Shown piece after piece: positions 1 through 9,217 of a stretch of DNA of 64,000 bases (its first letter is position 1; every line of letters starts with the position of its first letter). Position numbers and translations under genes: made by a program. Under the pieces are notes generated by a model. It was not told the DNA's origin and did no database searches. It was given only the letters and a program-made list of their open reading frames with translations. The DNA comes from Alphaproteobacteria bacterium (GTDB taxonomy: Bacteria > Pseudomonadota > Alphaproteobacteria > RF32 > CAG-239): contig JAFYXH010000002.1 of NCBI GenBank assembly GCA_017546315.1, forward strand, positions 7,736-71,735, in the 5' to 3' direction.

Positions 1-76
1 ATACGTTAACTATAAAATAGTATATAGACAAAAATATGTGAGTCAATGTTTTTTTGACTAAATAAAATCTCTTTCT

Positions 77-1936
77 GTGGAGAAAGTAAAAAAAAATCTA
101 ACCGCTAAAATAAAATATGCTAAACATACCTATAATATTATAGATAAAAGAGGCTTTGTTTATATGGTAGCACAATACAAAAAAATATTAGTAATTGCGT
201 TATTTTTAGCGATTTCATGGTTTATAGGTTTTATTTTTTTTAATAACTATATTTTTTCTCAATCTATGGAAGCAAATCATAATCAAACCAAAGAAAATAC
301 CAATACCATACATAATAATTATATCGAAAGTATGTTCAAAGAAGATGAAAGCAACTTTGTTCCTTTTAAGGTTTATGATGCTAATAAAGAATTTGATGTT
401 CGTTTAATTGCTCTATATTTGCCTCAATATCATCAATTCAAAGAAAATAATGAATGGCACGGAAGAGGTTTTACCGAATGGAGTAATGTTGCCAAGGCAA
501 AACCATTGTTTGCGGGGCACTATCAACCCAAACTCCCAATAGATGTTGGTTTTTATGATTTATCTCATCCAGATATAATGTATCGCCAAATAGAATTAGC
601 TAAAAATTATGGTATATCAGGATTTGCTTTTTACTATTATTGGTTTTCAGGCAAAAAGTTGATGGAAAAGCCAGTATATAATTATCTAAATGATAAAAAT
701 TTAGATTTTCCATTTTGTATTCATTGGGCAAATGAGAGTTGGTCCAAAAAATGGGATGGCGGTGACAATGAATTGTTGATGAAACAAGATTTTTCAAGAA
801 AAGATTTTGAAAGTTTTTCTAAAGATTTGTTTGAGTTTTTTAAAGATCCTCGTTACATCAAAATAAATAATAGACCTTTGTTTATTGTGTATCGTCCTGC
901 TATATTTGATAAAGAATTGTTTGTGGATTTTACCAAGTATTTGAAAGAATACACAAAATCAAGAGGAATGCCAGAGCCTTATATAATAGCAACTAAGCAA
1001 TTTGCATTTTTTGCAGAGCCAAAAGAGTGGGGACTTGATGCTGTTATGGATTTTGAATTAAATACAATTCCCAATCTAATCCATAAAAAAATAAATAAAA
1101 TCAACGAAAAACATGAGTTTAATATATATGCATGGGGTGAATATATATATAAAGAAAAGATGCAACGAAAATATACATATAAAACATTTAGAACTGTCTT
1201 CCCAAGGTGGGATAATTCAGCAAGAAAAGCATATTCAGGTTCTCTAATTTTTGCTGATTCAACTCCTGATGTTTATGGAAGATGGTTAAATTACGCCATA
1301 AATGAAACCTCCAAAGAATTATCACCAGATGAACAAATAGTGTTTATCAATGCGTGGAATGAGTGGGGAGAAGGAGCAATGCTAGAGCCAGATATCAAAT
1401 ATGGATATGCTTATCTTGACACCACAAGAAAAGTCTTAGAAAAAACCTTCATCCCAAATAAAAATCCATATCAAAAATCAGGTGTGGCAGTATTAACTGG
1501 TGGCAGAAATCGTATAGCTCATGCAATTAGCTTGTTAAATCAAGGAATAGGTGAACATTTACTCATATCTGGCGTAAAGGTTGGCAATAATATGAAGATC
1601 CTAGAAGCTCGAGATGATGTGAAAATAGAAAGCATCATGCCTGTAGAATTAGGCTATAAAGCCAAAGATACTAAAGGAAATGCAGATGAGATAAAACAAT
1701 GGGCACTCAAGCATAAAATAGAAAAAATATATGTAGTATCTTCTTTTTATCATATTCCAAGGGTGAGACTAGAGGTAGAAAATGTCATAAAAGACAAAGA
1801 GATAGAATATATTTCAACCCCATCAGAAGCCGTATCTGATAAATGGTGGAAAAACATAAATAGTTTTAAGTTTTTAAGTATGGAATATACCAAATTTTTA
1901 ATAGTTTTTGTTCAATATAAAGTGTTAGGATTATAA
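77..1936 (+). CDS. WbsX-family glycan-modifying domain fused to a C-terminal DUF218 (YdcF/SanA-like) domain, with an N-terminal membrane anchor
   Basis: 619-aa ORF with a TM segment (ILVIALFLAISWFIGFIFF). The motifs LPQYHQF..NNEWHGRGFTEWSNV and INAWNEWGEG are typical of the WbsX family. The C-terminal ~130 aa (VLTGGRNRI..LISG..YVVSSFYHIPR) resemble DUF218. The start is GTG at 77; ATG at 164 is an alternative. Confidence 0.6.
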   Translation: MEKVKKNLTAKIKYAKHTYNIIDKRGFVYMVAQYKKILVIALFLAISWFIGFIFFNNYIFSQSMEANHNQTKENTNTIHNNYIESMFKEDESNFVPFKVYDANKEFDVRLIALYLPQYHQFKENNEWHGRGFTEWSNVAKAKPLFAGHYQPKLPIDVGFYDLSHPDIMYRQIELAKNYGISGFAFYYYWFSGKKLMEKPVYNYLNDKNLDFPFCIHWANESWSKKWDGGDNELLMKQDFSRKDFESFSKDLFEFFKDPRYIKINNRPLFIVYRPAIFDKELFVDFTKYLKEYTKSRGMPEPYIIATKQFAFFAEPKEWGLDAVMDFELNTIPNLIHKKINKINEKHEFNIYAWGEYIYKEKMQRKYTYKTFRTVFPRWDNSARKAYSGSLIFADSTPDVYGRWLNYAINETSKELSPDEQIVFINAWNEWGEGAMLEPDIKYGYAYLDTTRKVLEKTFIPNKNPYQKSGVAVLTGGRNRIAHAISLLNQGIGEHLLISGVKVGNNMKILEARDDVKIESIMPVELGYKAKDTKGNADEIKQWALKHKIEKIYVVSSFYHIPRVRLEVENVIKDKEIEYISTPSEAVSDKWWKNINSFKFLSMEYTKFLIVFVQYKVLGL

Positions 1937-1938
1937 AA

Positions 1939-2658
1939 ATGACTAAATTAAAATTATTTTTACGTTCAACTATCGCAAATCTATATTTTTATCCAGCTCT
2001 AATGCTTGGGTTTGTTGTAGCAATATGTGTTGGTTTAGTATCTCGTCCCCAAATGGTTGCACTTTGGGATAACAAACTCCATCCACTTATTTTTAAGCCA
2101 ATGTTGAAGTTGTGTGGTATAGAAATAGAAGTAAGAGGAAAACAATACATAAAACCTGGTTATATCTTTGCTTCAAAACATGAATCAGCTTTTGAAACCT
2201 ATGCCTATACTGGTATAATAAAAAATTCGATTTTTGTTCTAAAGAAAGAATTGACCTATATTCCTCTTTTTGGTTGGGGACAAGCTTTATATGGTATGAT
2301 ACCAATAGATAGATCAGCTGGAGCCAAAGCTATGAAAGGAATGTTAAAAGAAGCTAAAAAAAGAGTACAAGAAGGACGAAATATAATTATCTTTCCAGAA
2401 GGAACACGTTGTAAACACCTAGAGGTTAAAGGCTATAAATCAGGTATAGTCTTTTTAGCCGAAGGCTTAGATTTGCCAATAGTTCCTGTTGCTCTAAATT
2501 CTGATTTATGTTGGTCAAAAGCATCATTTATTCGTCGTCCTGGTAAAGTAATCTTTGAATTTATGGAACCAATGAGAGTTTCTGACTATAAAAGTAAAAA
2601 AGAATTTATGGAAGCTTTACAAGATCGTATAGAAACAGCCTGTCAAAAAATAGCTTAA
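1939..2658 (+). CDS. plsC: 1-acyl-sn-glycerol-3-phosphate acyltransferase
   Basis: 239 aa with an N-terminal TM segment. It carries an acyltransferase HX4D-type block (ASKHESAFE) and a FPEGTR block. It starts 2 nt after the upstream stop. Confidence 0.8.
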   Translation: MTKLKLFLRSTIANLYFYPALMLGFVVAICVGLVSRPQMVALWDNKLHPLIFKPMLKLCGIEIEVRGKQYIKPGYIFASKHESAFETYAYTGIIKNSIFVLKKELTYIPLFGWGQALYGMIPIDRSAGAKAMKGMLKEAKKRVQEGRNIIIFPEGTRCKHLEVKGYKSGIVFLAEGLDLPIVPVALNSDLCWSKASFIRRPGKVIFEFMEPMRVSDYKSKKEFMEALQDRIETACQKIA

Positions 2659-2682
2659 AATTTGTAAAACAAGGACCTGCTT

Positions 2683-5505
2683 ATGACTACAGATATATTA
2701 GACTTAAAAAAAGAGTTTTTCTCATATATAGGTGATGAAGAGTTAAACAATCAATTGTGGAACATGTATCAAGAAGAAAATTTAACTTTTTCTCCCCAAT
2801 CAACTCTAGAAATAATAGAACGAATGATAGATATTTTATCATCCAAAGATGTTGAGGAAACAAGAGATTTAAGAGAGCATGTTTGTCAAATTGTTTATTT
2901 AATCAATAAAAATAAAACAAAAGAAGAGATAAATGATGTCATATTATCTAAAGCAATGGATATAGAGCCATTAAGTATGTATGCTAAAAAATATCCATCA
3001 AGCTGTTTACGCAAATTAAGTACCACCTTTAGCAAAAAATATATAAAAGAGATGGTAGAAAAATACAAAGCAGGTCTAACTTTATATGCAGATAAAAAAA
3101 TTAACTCTTATTTTTATTCTGATTATGCATTTTTACTATATTTACAATCACTTGATGCTAAAAAATTAGATGATGATATACTAAAACTCTTAAATCACGC
3201 TATCTCCATAAATGATAAAAATCCATCAGCATATTTATATAAAGGTTATGTGTATGATGAGTTTTATAAAGAATTTGGGCTGGATTATGAGGAAAAATTA
3301 TCAATATGTGGAGAAATGTATGAAAAGTCATTATCATATGGTTCAGCAGTTGCCTCTAAAAAACTAAAGAAAATAAAAGAGCAACAGACGCCTAGTTGTT
3401 GGATAGAGCTCATGAATGCAGATATTCACCTAAAATCACTAGTAGCTAGTCTGGAAAAGAGTAAAGTTCAGGCATTTTCTATGTTATTATATGGTCCACA
3501 TGGTAGCGGAAAAGAAGAATTTGCTAAAAAATTATTAGAAAAATTAGAATTAAGCTATGAAGAATATTCAATAGCAGATACAGAAAAAACTATTCAAGCC
3601 AAAATCAGAGAATTAAAAGAAGATAAAAAAGCCTATATAATTAAATATTCTGAGAGAATGTTCTTTAATATCCCAAATTCCATAAATACAACGCCAGATA
3701 GTATGTCATATTTACTACAAGATATATTGCGTTTAAATCAGCATCCAATATTTTTAATTGTAGATGACATTAATAAAATCGATATAAATTTGGCCTCATC
3801 ATTTACCTTTAGAATTGGGTTTGATTTTATGGATAAAGCTCAAAAGGATATTGCATATAAGTCATTTTTCAAAAAAGAACCACCCAAAGAGCTAGATAAA
3901 ATCACCAAATTAGTATTAGAAGATTTCTCAAGAACAGTAAGAAAAGCCAAAGCCCTTGGTTGTATGGATAATCAAGAAGAAGTATTTTCAATCTTAAAAG
4001 ATGAAGTGAAATTTAAATATCAAGGTCAAGAATATACCTCAAATGGCAATAGTTTTAGTGATGAACTTATAAATTCAAGCATAGATTTAACCACCATAAC
4101 AGATAAGTTGTGCTCATTAAAATCTAATTTTACCATGCTAATATATGGCCCTCCAGGAACAGGAAAGAGCTACTATTTACGATATCTGGCAGAGCGCTTA
4201 GGATGCAAAATGATTGAAAAAACTGCTGCAGACCTCTTCTCTAAATATCAAGGAGAACCGGCTCGAAAAGTATCCGAAATATTCAAACAGCAAGAAAATG
4301 AAAAAGCTATCTTAATATTAGATGAAGTAGATGAAATACTTAAATCAAGGGAAAGCCTAGAGGGAAATCAAGGTTGGAAAACAGATATGATAAATGCTTT
4401 TCTAACAAGCTTAGATCGTGCTAAATATCCTGTTGCTTGCACAACCAATTTCATAGAAAAGATAGATCCAGCTATCTTAAGGCGTTTCACATTTAAGATA
4501 AAATTTGATTATTTAACACAAGAGCAAAACGAAATAGCTTATAGTCATTTTTTCAAAAAGAAAGCACCTCTTGGATTAGAAAAAATCAAAAATTTAACTA
4601 ATGGAGATTTTTCAACCGTAAAACGACAAAGTATTTTGTTAGATTACAGTCAAGATGATGAAAAAATATTAGAAGCACTAGATGAAGAAGTAAAAAGAAA
4701 ATTAGGCGATAATTATATCGAATATGATAGTTTCGAAGGTTTTGATATTGATTTAATCAATACAAATCATGCAAAATTAAAATATATAGAACAAATAATA
4801 CAAAAAGATGATAATGCCAAAATAGCGCTTTTAGGACCTGATGGAATAGGAAAAAAGACCTACATAAGATATATTTCAAAAATGTATGAAAAGACCTATA
4901 AGATATGTAATGATACAGATTTTTATACTAGGGGATATATAGATAGCCAGCTTGTAAAACAAGTGTTTGAAAGCGCAAAAGATGCTAAGTCGATTTTAGT
5001 ATTTGATAATGTATCTGGTTTGACTGCAAAAACAAGTAATCAAGATGTATCGTTAACTCAAATTCTATCTAATATAACCAAAAGCAAAAATGTAAATAGT
5101 GAATTACTAGAGCAGATAAAAAAATATAAATATCCGATATTTATTCTTTCAAATGATAAAAATGATTTTATAAGTAGAGATAAGTTAAGAACAATAATAA
5201 GCCTAGTTGTAGAGTTTGATTATTTAAATAAAAAACAAATAAATAAATTATATCGCAAAACTTTTGGTGTATCTTTACCAATATTTGCATCAATTGGATA
5301 TAAAAATCTAACTCCGCTAATGATGAAAAATATATCATCAACAATTAATATCATGGGAATAAATACCCCTAAAGATATATATAAAATATTTAATAAAGAA
5401 CTTGAGAAAGAAAAGGAAATACATATAAAAAGAATATTTGCTAAAATTTTATTATGTGCACTAGGTATATCAAGTCTTCTTTATTTTATACGCTTGATAA
5501 TGTAG
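2683..5505 (+). CDS. Tail-anchored protein with three tandem AAA+ modules (middle one intact, flanking ones degenerate) and a Sel1/TPR-like N-terminus
   Basis: 940 aa with three P-loops: GPHGSGKE (3493-3516), GPPGTGKS (4147-4170) and GPDGIGKK (4834-4857). Only module 2 keeps a Walker B (ILILDEVDE, about 4312-4338) and a classical-AAA sensor/arginine region (TTN..DPAILRRF). All three modules end in a similar F.F(D)Y/F block. The last ~23 aa (IFAKILLCALGISSLLYFIRLIM) are hydrophobic. Confidence 0.6.
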   Translation: MTTDILDLKKEFFSYIGDEELNNQLWNMYQEENLTFSPQSTLEIIERMIDILSSKDVEETRDLREHVCQIVYLINKNKTKEEINDVILSKAMDIEPLSMYAKKYPSSCLRKLSTTFSKKYIKEMVEKYKAGLTLYADKKINSYFYSDYAFLLYLQSLDAKKLDDDILKLLNHAISINDKNPSAYLYKGYVYDEFYKEFGLDYEEKLSICGEMYEKSLSYGSAVASKKLKKIKEQQTPSCWIELMNADIHLKSLVASLEKSKVQAFSMLLYGPHGSGKEEFAKKLLEKLELSYEEYSIADTEKTIQAKIRELKEDKKAYIIKYSERMFFNIPNSINTTPDSMSYLLQDILRLNQHPIFLIVDDINKIDINLASSFTFRIGFDFMDKAQKDIAYKSFFKKEPPKELDKITKLVLEDFSRTVRKAKALGCMDNQEEVFSILKDEVKFKYQGQEYTSNGNSFSDELINSSIDLTTITDKLCSLKSNFTMLIYGPPGTGKSYYLRYLAERLGCKMIEKTAADLFSKYQGEPARKVSEIFKQQENEKAILILDEVDEILKSRESLEGNQGWKTDMINAFLTSLDRAKYPVACTTNFIEKIDPAILRRFTFKIKFDYLTQEQNEIAYSHFFKKKAPLGLEKIKNLTNGDFSTVKRQSILLDYSQDDEKILEALDEEVKRKLGDNYIEYDSFEGFDIDLINTNHAKLKYIEQIIQKDDNAKIALLGPDGIGKKTYIRYISKMYEKTYKICNDTDFYTRGYIDSQLVKQVFESAKDAKSILVFDNVSGLTAKTSNQDVSLTQILSNITKSKNVNSELLEQIKKYKYPIFILSNDKNDFISRDKLRTIISLVVEFDYLNKKQINKLYRKTFGVSLPIFASIGYKNLTPLMMKNISSTINIMGINTPKDIYKIFNKELEKEKEIHIKRIFAKILLCALGISSLLYFIRLIM

Positions 5506-5527
5506 ATAATAATTAGAATTAAGAATA

Positions 5528-5554
5528 GGGGAGGGCTCGGGCTCCCCTTTTTTT
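5528..5554 (+). terminator. Rho-independent terminator after the triple-AAA gene
   Basis: GGGGAG..CTCCCC stem followed by T7 (5548-5554). Confidence 0.6.
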
Positions 5555-5611
5555 GACATTTGTGTTTTTTTATGGTATATTTATTAAAACAAGTTTAGAT
5601 ATTTCAGGGAA

Positions 5612-6520
5612 ATGGGTATGGTAGATGCTAAAAGTTTTAATAAATTAAATCATAATCTTCACCAAGATGTGGCAAATCTTTGGGATGAATGTTTTGGTGA
5701 TTTACCAATACTTACCCAAAGGATGCTTAAAGCGTTTGGCACAATAAGCTCCCCCAAAGCCTATGCGCATCAAAAAATAAGAAGTATAACCCCAAAAGAA
5801 ATAAAAGAAGCTGAAGAAAAAATATTTCAAAGAGATACATGTTTCAGGCAAGAAGATATACAAACCAAACAAGCACAAGCTATAACTGATAAAATACTCA
5901 AAAAAATGTCGAGTTCAAACACTCAAACCTCAAAATTTCTAAAAGAGTTCTTAAAAGATAAAAATGTGGTGGTGGTAGTAGATAGAGACATTGTAGATGA
6001 TGCTTGCTTTGGAGGTTTTAATCCTGAAAGCAAAAATTTATATATAGAATTATGCGCAGGGTGCTTCCACTATCATTCCAAATACCCCTTAATTTTTAAT
6101 GAGGCAAGTCTAGCAAAAACAATAGGACATGAAATAGGTCATGCCGTAGAACAGATAAACAGAAGTTCTAAATCTAAACCTCAAAGTGTCGGATTTTCAT
6201 CAAATTCTTGGGAGGTGGAAAGTTTTTGTGATGCTTTTGGTAGTGTTTTAGCCTTACAAGCAGGATACAGTATTGCTCCAAGCATAGAAAAGATGAAAAT
6301 ATTTGAAGAGCAAGATGAAAAAAAACATAAACCAACAGACCCACACCCCACACTAAAACAGCGTCGGATACTAGCCGAATTTATAGATAAGGCATTTCCT
6401 GATGCTAAAAGAGAAATACCGCCTTTCTCAAGAGAAATAAGCCATGTAAAATGGGATGAAAAAAGAACAGAAGATAATAGTAATATAAAACCTGTAATCC
6501 CTCCATCAAAAGAACGGTAA
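5612..6520 (+). CDS. Soluble M48-like zinc metallopeptidase
   Basis: 302 aa. HEIGH lies at 6128-6142, followed downstream by E-x-E-S-F-C-D-A-F-G (an ExxAD-like block) and PHPTLKQRRI. This follows the HExxH...E..AD...HP...R layout of M48 peptidases. I see no signal peptide or TM segment. Confidence 0.5.
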   Translation: MGMVDAKSFNKLNHNLHQDVANLWDECFGDLPILTQRMLKAFGTISSPKAYAHQKIRSITPKEIKEAEEKIFQRDTCFRQEDIQTKQAQAITDKILKKMSSSNTQTSKFLKEFLKDKNVVVVVDRDIVDDACFGGFNPESKNLYIELCAGCFHYHSKYPLIFNEASLAKTIGHEIGHAVEQINRSSKSKPQSVGFSSNSWEVESFCDAFGSVLALQAGYSIAPSIEKMKIFEEQDEKKHKPTDPHPTLKQRRILAEFIDKAFPDAKREIPPFSREISHVKWDEKRTEDNSNIKPVIPPSKER

Positions 6521-6534
6521 TTGCAAACAAAAAA

Positions 6535-6564
6535 TCCCCTAAATTATTCAGGGGACTTTTTATT
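6535..6564. terminator. Bidirectional hairpin terminator between convergent genes
   Basis: TCCCCT-(9 nt)-AGGGGA stem, flanked by an A-run upstream and a T-run downstream. It sits between the 5612-6520 (+) and rne (-) stops. Confidence 0.5.
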
Positions 6565-6577
6565 AACTCTAAAAAAA

Positions 6578-9217
6578 CTATCCGATAAGTTTTTTCCACC
6601 AAGTTTTCTTTTCTTCCTTAGGTTCTTGTTCAACTTTTTGAGAAGCGTTGGTCTCTAAAGAATGAACATTTTCACGGTTCTCGCTAAAATTATCATTCTT
6701 GTAATTATCACGATTACCTTTGCGACCTCTCATACGAGATTTTCCACGTCTGTCAAATCTACGACGTTGACGGTGTCTGCGTTCGTCATTTCCTTCTTCG
6801 CTATTGTTTGTTTCAATAGTTTCAATTTCTTCTTCTTCGTCATCAGATGCATCATTTCTTTGGGTCGCATGTTCATAAGCAGAAGTTGCTGCAACTGTCT
6901 CTTTTACTTCTTTAGTAACCTTAGTTCTTTCAATTTTGTAATCAGAGATATTGCGAATAGAACTATCAGCAGAAACCACAATTTCAATGTTATATCTTTC
7001 TTCCAAATCAGCTAAAATTCTGCGTTTATGATTTAAGATATAAATAGCGGTGTCAGAAGGAAGCTTTGCTTCTAAATGGTTATAAACCTTTTTAATGCCT
7101 TCTTCTTCTAATGCTCTTAAAATTAAGTTAGCGCCAGATTCTGTTGTTCTTTGAACACCTTGACCTTTACAATAAGGACATGTAGTGTAGTTGCTTTCAA
7201 CAAAAGAAGAGTGCATTCTTTGGCGAGAAATTTCCAAAAGACCAAATATGCTCATCTTAGCAACTTGAACTCTAGAACGATCAGTTTTAAGAGCTTCCTT
7301 CATGCGTTTTTCAACCGCATGATTATTTGCAGCCTCATCCATATCAATAAAGTCAACTACGATAAGACCAGCCAAATTACGAAGTTTTAATTGTCTAGCA
7401 ATTTCATCTGCAGCTTCAAGGTTTGTTTTCAAAGCTGTTTCTTCAATATCCATCTCATGTGTAGCACGGCCAGAGTTCACATCAATAGCAACCAACGCTT
7501 CAGTTGGATTAATCACCAAATAACCCCCACTAGCCAACTGTACAATAGGATTATGCAGTTTATCAAGCTCTTTCTCAACTTGATAGTGTTGGAAAACAGG
7601 GATTTCATTTGCTTTGCGACACTTAATCTTACGGCTCATATTAGGAGATAATATTTTGCTAAAATCTTTTGCCATTCTATAAGCTTCATCACCATCAATG
7701 ATAACTTCGCCAATATCCTTAGTATACATATCACGAAGAGCACGTTTGATTAGGTTACCTTCTTCATAGATAATGCTAGGAACTTTCATAGATAAAGCAC
7801 TATGACGAATATGATTCCATGTTCTAATCAAATAGTTGTAATCTCTAATGATATCTTCACGTTTTTTATCTTCGCCTGCAGTTCTGATAATCATAGACAT
7901 ATCATCATTTAAAGGAAGTTCTTTAATCAAGTCTTTCAAACGTTTACGGTCATTAGCATTTGTAATTTTGCGAGAAACACCACCAGACTTAATTCTATTT
8001 GGCATCAAAACACAATAACGACCTGCTAAAGAAAGGTAAGTAGTGCAAGCTGCTCCTTTGTTTCCTCTTTCTTCTTTAACCACTTGAACAAGAACAGTTT
8101 GACCTTCTTTAATCACATCTTGAATAGTAGAGCGGTGGTATAATTTTCTAGCATAAATAAGCTTTCTTTGGATTTCTAGATAACGCTCAGTATCTTCTGC
8201 TTCGCAAATTTCATCATCTTCGCAATCATTGTCGTTGTCATAAAGTTTGCTATCATCATCGTCATCAAAATCATCACAAGAGCTAGAAATATCTTCAGCA
8301 ATACTATCATCTCTAATACCACTAGCTTCTAAAGAAACTTTATATTTTCCTTTTGAAGAGTTTCCTCTTCTTCCTAAAAAGCGAGTACCACGACGACGAC
8401 CTTTTTTCTGAGATTTTTCTTCATCACCTTCTTCTAAAGAACTTTGTTCATCAGAACTACCTTCTTCTTCATCACTAAATTCTTTAACTTCAGTTGATAC
8501 AACTTCTTCTTGTTCTTCATCTAAAGGAACAGTTTCCTCATTGTCTAAATGTTTGTCGTAGCAACAATCACATTTTCCAAAAGAGCAAGCCTCTTCACTA
8601 TGCTCTTCATGACAACAACAATTGTTATCATGAGCTTCTTGATTGCAATTATCTTCACAAGAGCATTCACAAACGCCTTTTTCAGCACAACGGCAGATAC
8701 CATCTTCTTTACGGCATTGGCAATCAGCACCGCATCCGCAATCAGAAGTCTTAATATCATTTGAAGAATTAAGTTCACCATTTTCGCAGTCTTCGGTATT
8801 TTGAGCATTTTCTAATGCTTCAGCCTCAGCTTTCATGCGAGCTTCATATTCAGCTCTTTTTTGCTCACGTTCCAAACGTCTTCTTTCTCGTTCTGCTTGG
8901 CGATCAAGTTGATATTGTCTTTTGCGTTCAATAATTTCTTCAACTTCTTTTTCAACTTCTTGTTTTACTTCGTCAGAAACATTATAATAGTCAGGGTGAA
9001 TTTCACCAAAAGCCAAAAAGCCATGACGATTCCCACCATAATCAATAAAACAAGCTTGCAAAGAAGGTTCAATTCTAATAACTTTAGCAGAAAAGATATT
9101 TCCTTTTATTTGTTTTCTAAAACTTGATTCAAATTCAACATCTTCAATCTTATTGCCATCAACAATCACAACTCTTGTTTCTTCAGGTTGTGTGTCATCA
9201 ATTAACATTCTCTTCAT
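6578..9217 (-). CDS. rne: Ribonuclease E, with a ~275-aa insert splitting the S1 domain
   Basis: 879 aa. The N-terminus is MKRMLID..EETRVVIV. The two S1 halves are GNIFSAKVIRIEPSLQACFIDYG and GQTVLVQVVKEERGNKGAA. Catalytic-core blocks present include GGYLVINPTEALVAIDVNSG, the CPYCKGQG Zn-link, and a short Arg-rich tail. Confidence 0.9.
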   Translation of the reverse strand: MKRMLIDDTQPEETRVVIVDGNKIEDVEFESSFRKQIKGNIFSAKVIRIEPSLQACFIDYGGNRHGFLAFGEIHPDYYNVSDEVKQEVEKEVEEIIERKRQYQLDRQAERERRRLEREQKRAEYEARMKAEAEALENAQNTEDCENGELNSSNDIKTSDCGCGADCQCRKEDGICRCAEKGVCECSCEDNCNQEAHDNNCCCHEEHSEEACSFGKCDCCYDKHLDNEETVPLDEEQEEVVSTEVKEFSDEEEGSSDEQSSLEEGDEEKSQKKGRRRGTRFLGRRGNSSKGKYKVSLEASGIRDDSIAEDISSSCDDFDDDDDSKLYDNDNDCEDDEICEAEDTERYLEIQRKLIYARKLYHRSTIQDVIKEGQTVLVQVVKEERGNKGAACTTYLSLAGRYCVLMPNRIKSGGVSRKITNANDRKRLKDLIKELPLNDDMSMIIRTAGEDKKREDIIRDYNYLIRTWNHIRHSALSMKVPSIIYEEGNLIKRALRDMYTKDIGEVIIDGDEAYRMAKDFSKILSPNMSRKIKCRKANEIPVFQHYQVEKELDKLHNPIVQLASGGYLVINPTEALVAIDVNSGRATHEMDIEETALKTNLEAADEIARQLKLRNLAGLIVVDFIDMDEAANNHAVEKRMKEALKTDRSRVQVAKMSIFGLLEISRQRMHSSFVESNYTTCPYCKGQGVQRTTESGANLILRALEEEGIKKVYNHLEAKLPSDTAIYILNHKRRILADLEERYNIEIVVSADSSIRNISDYKIERTKVTKEVKETVAATSAYEHATQRNDASDDEEEEIETIETNNSEEGNDERRHRQRRRFDRRGKSRMRGRKGNRDNYKNDNFSENRENVHSLETNASQKVEQEPKEEKKTWWKKLIG

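Noticed and set aside
6662-9127. Series of plus- and minus-strand ORFs (6662-7015, 7151-7390, 7391-7651, 8494-8754, 8545-8808, 8549-8764, 8861-9127) overlapping rne
   Set aside because: They are shadow ORFs antisense to, or out of frame with, a confidently identified RNase E gene. Their sequences are low-complexity or hydrophobic junk without motifs.
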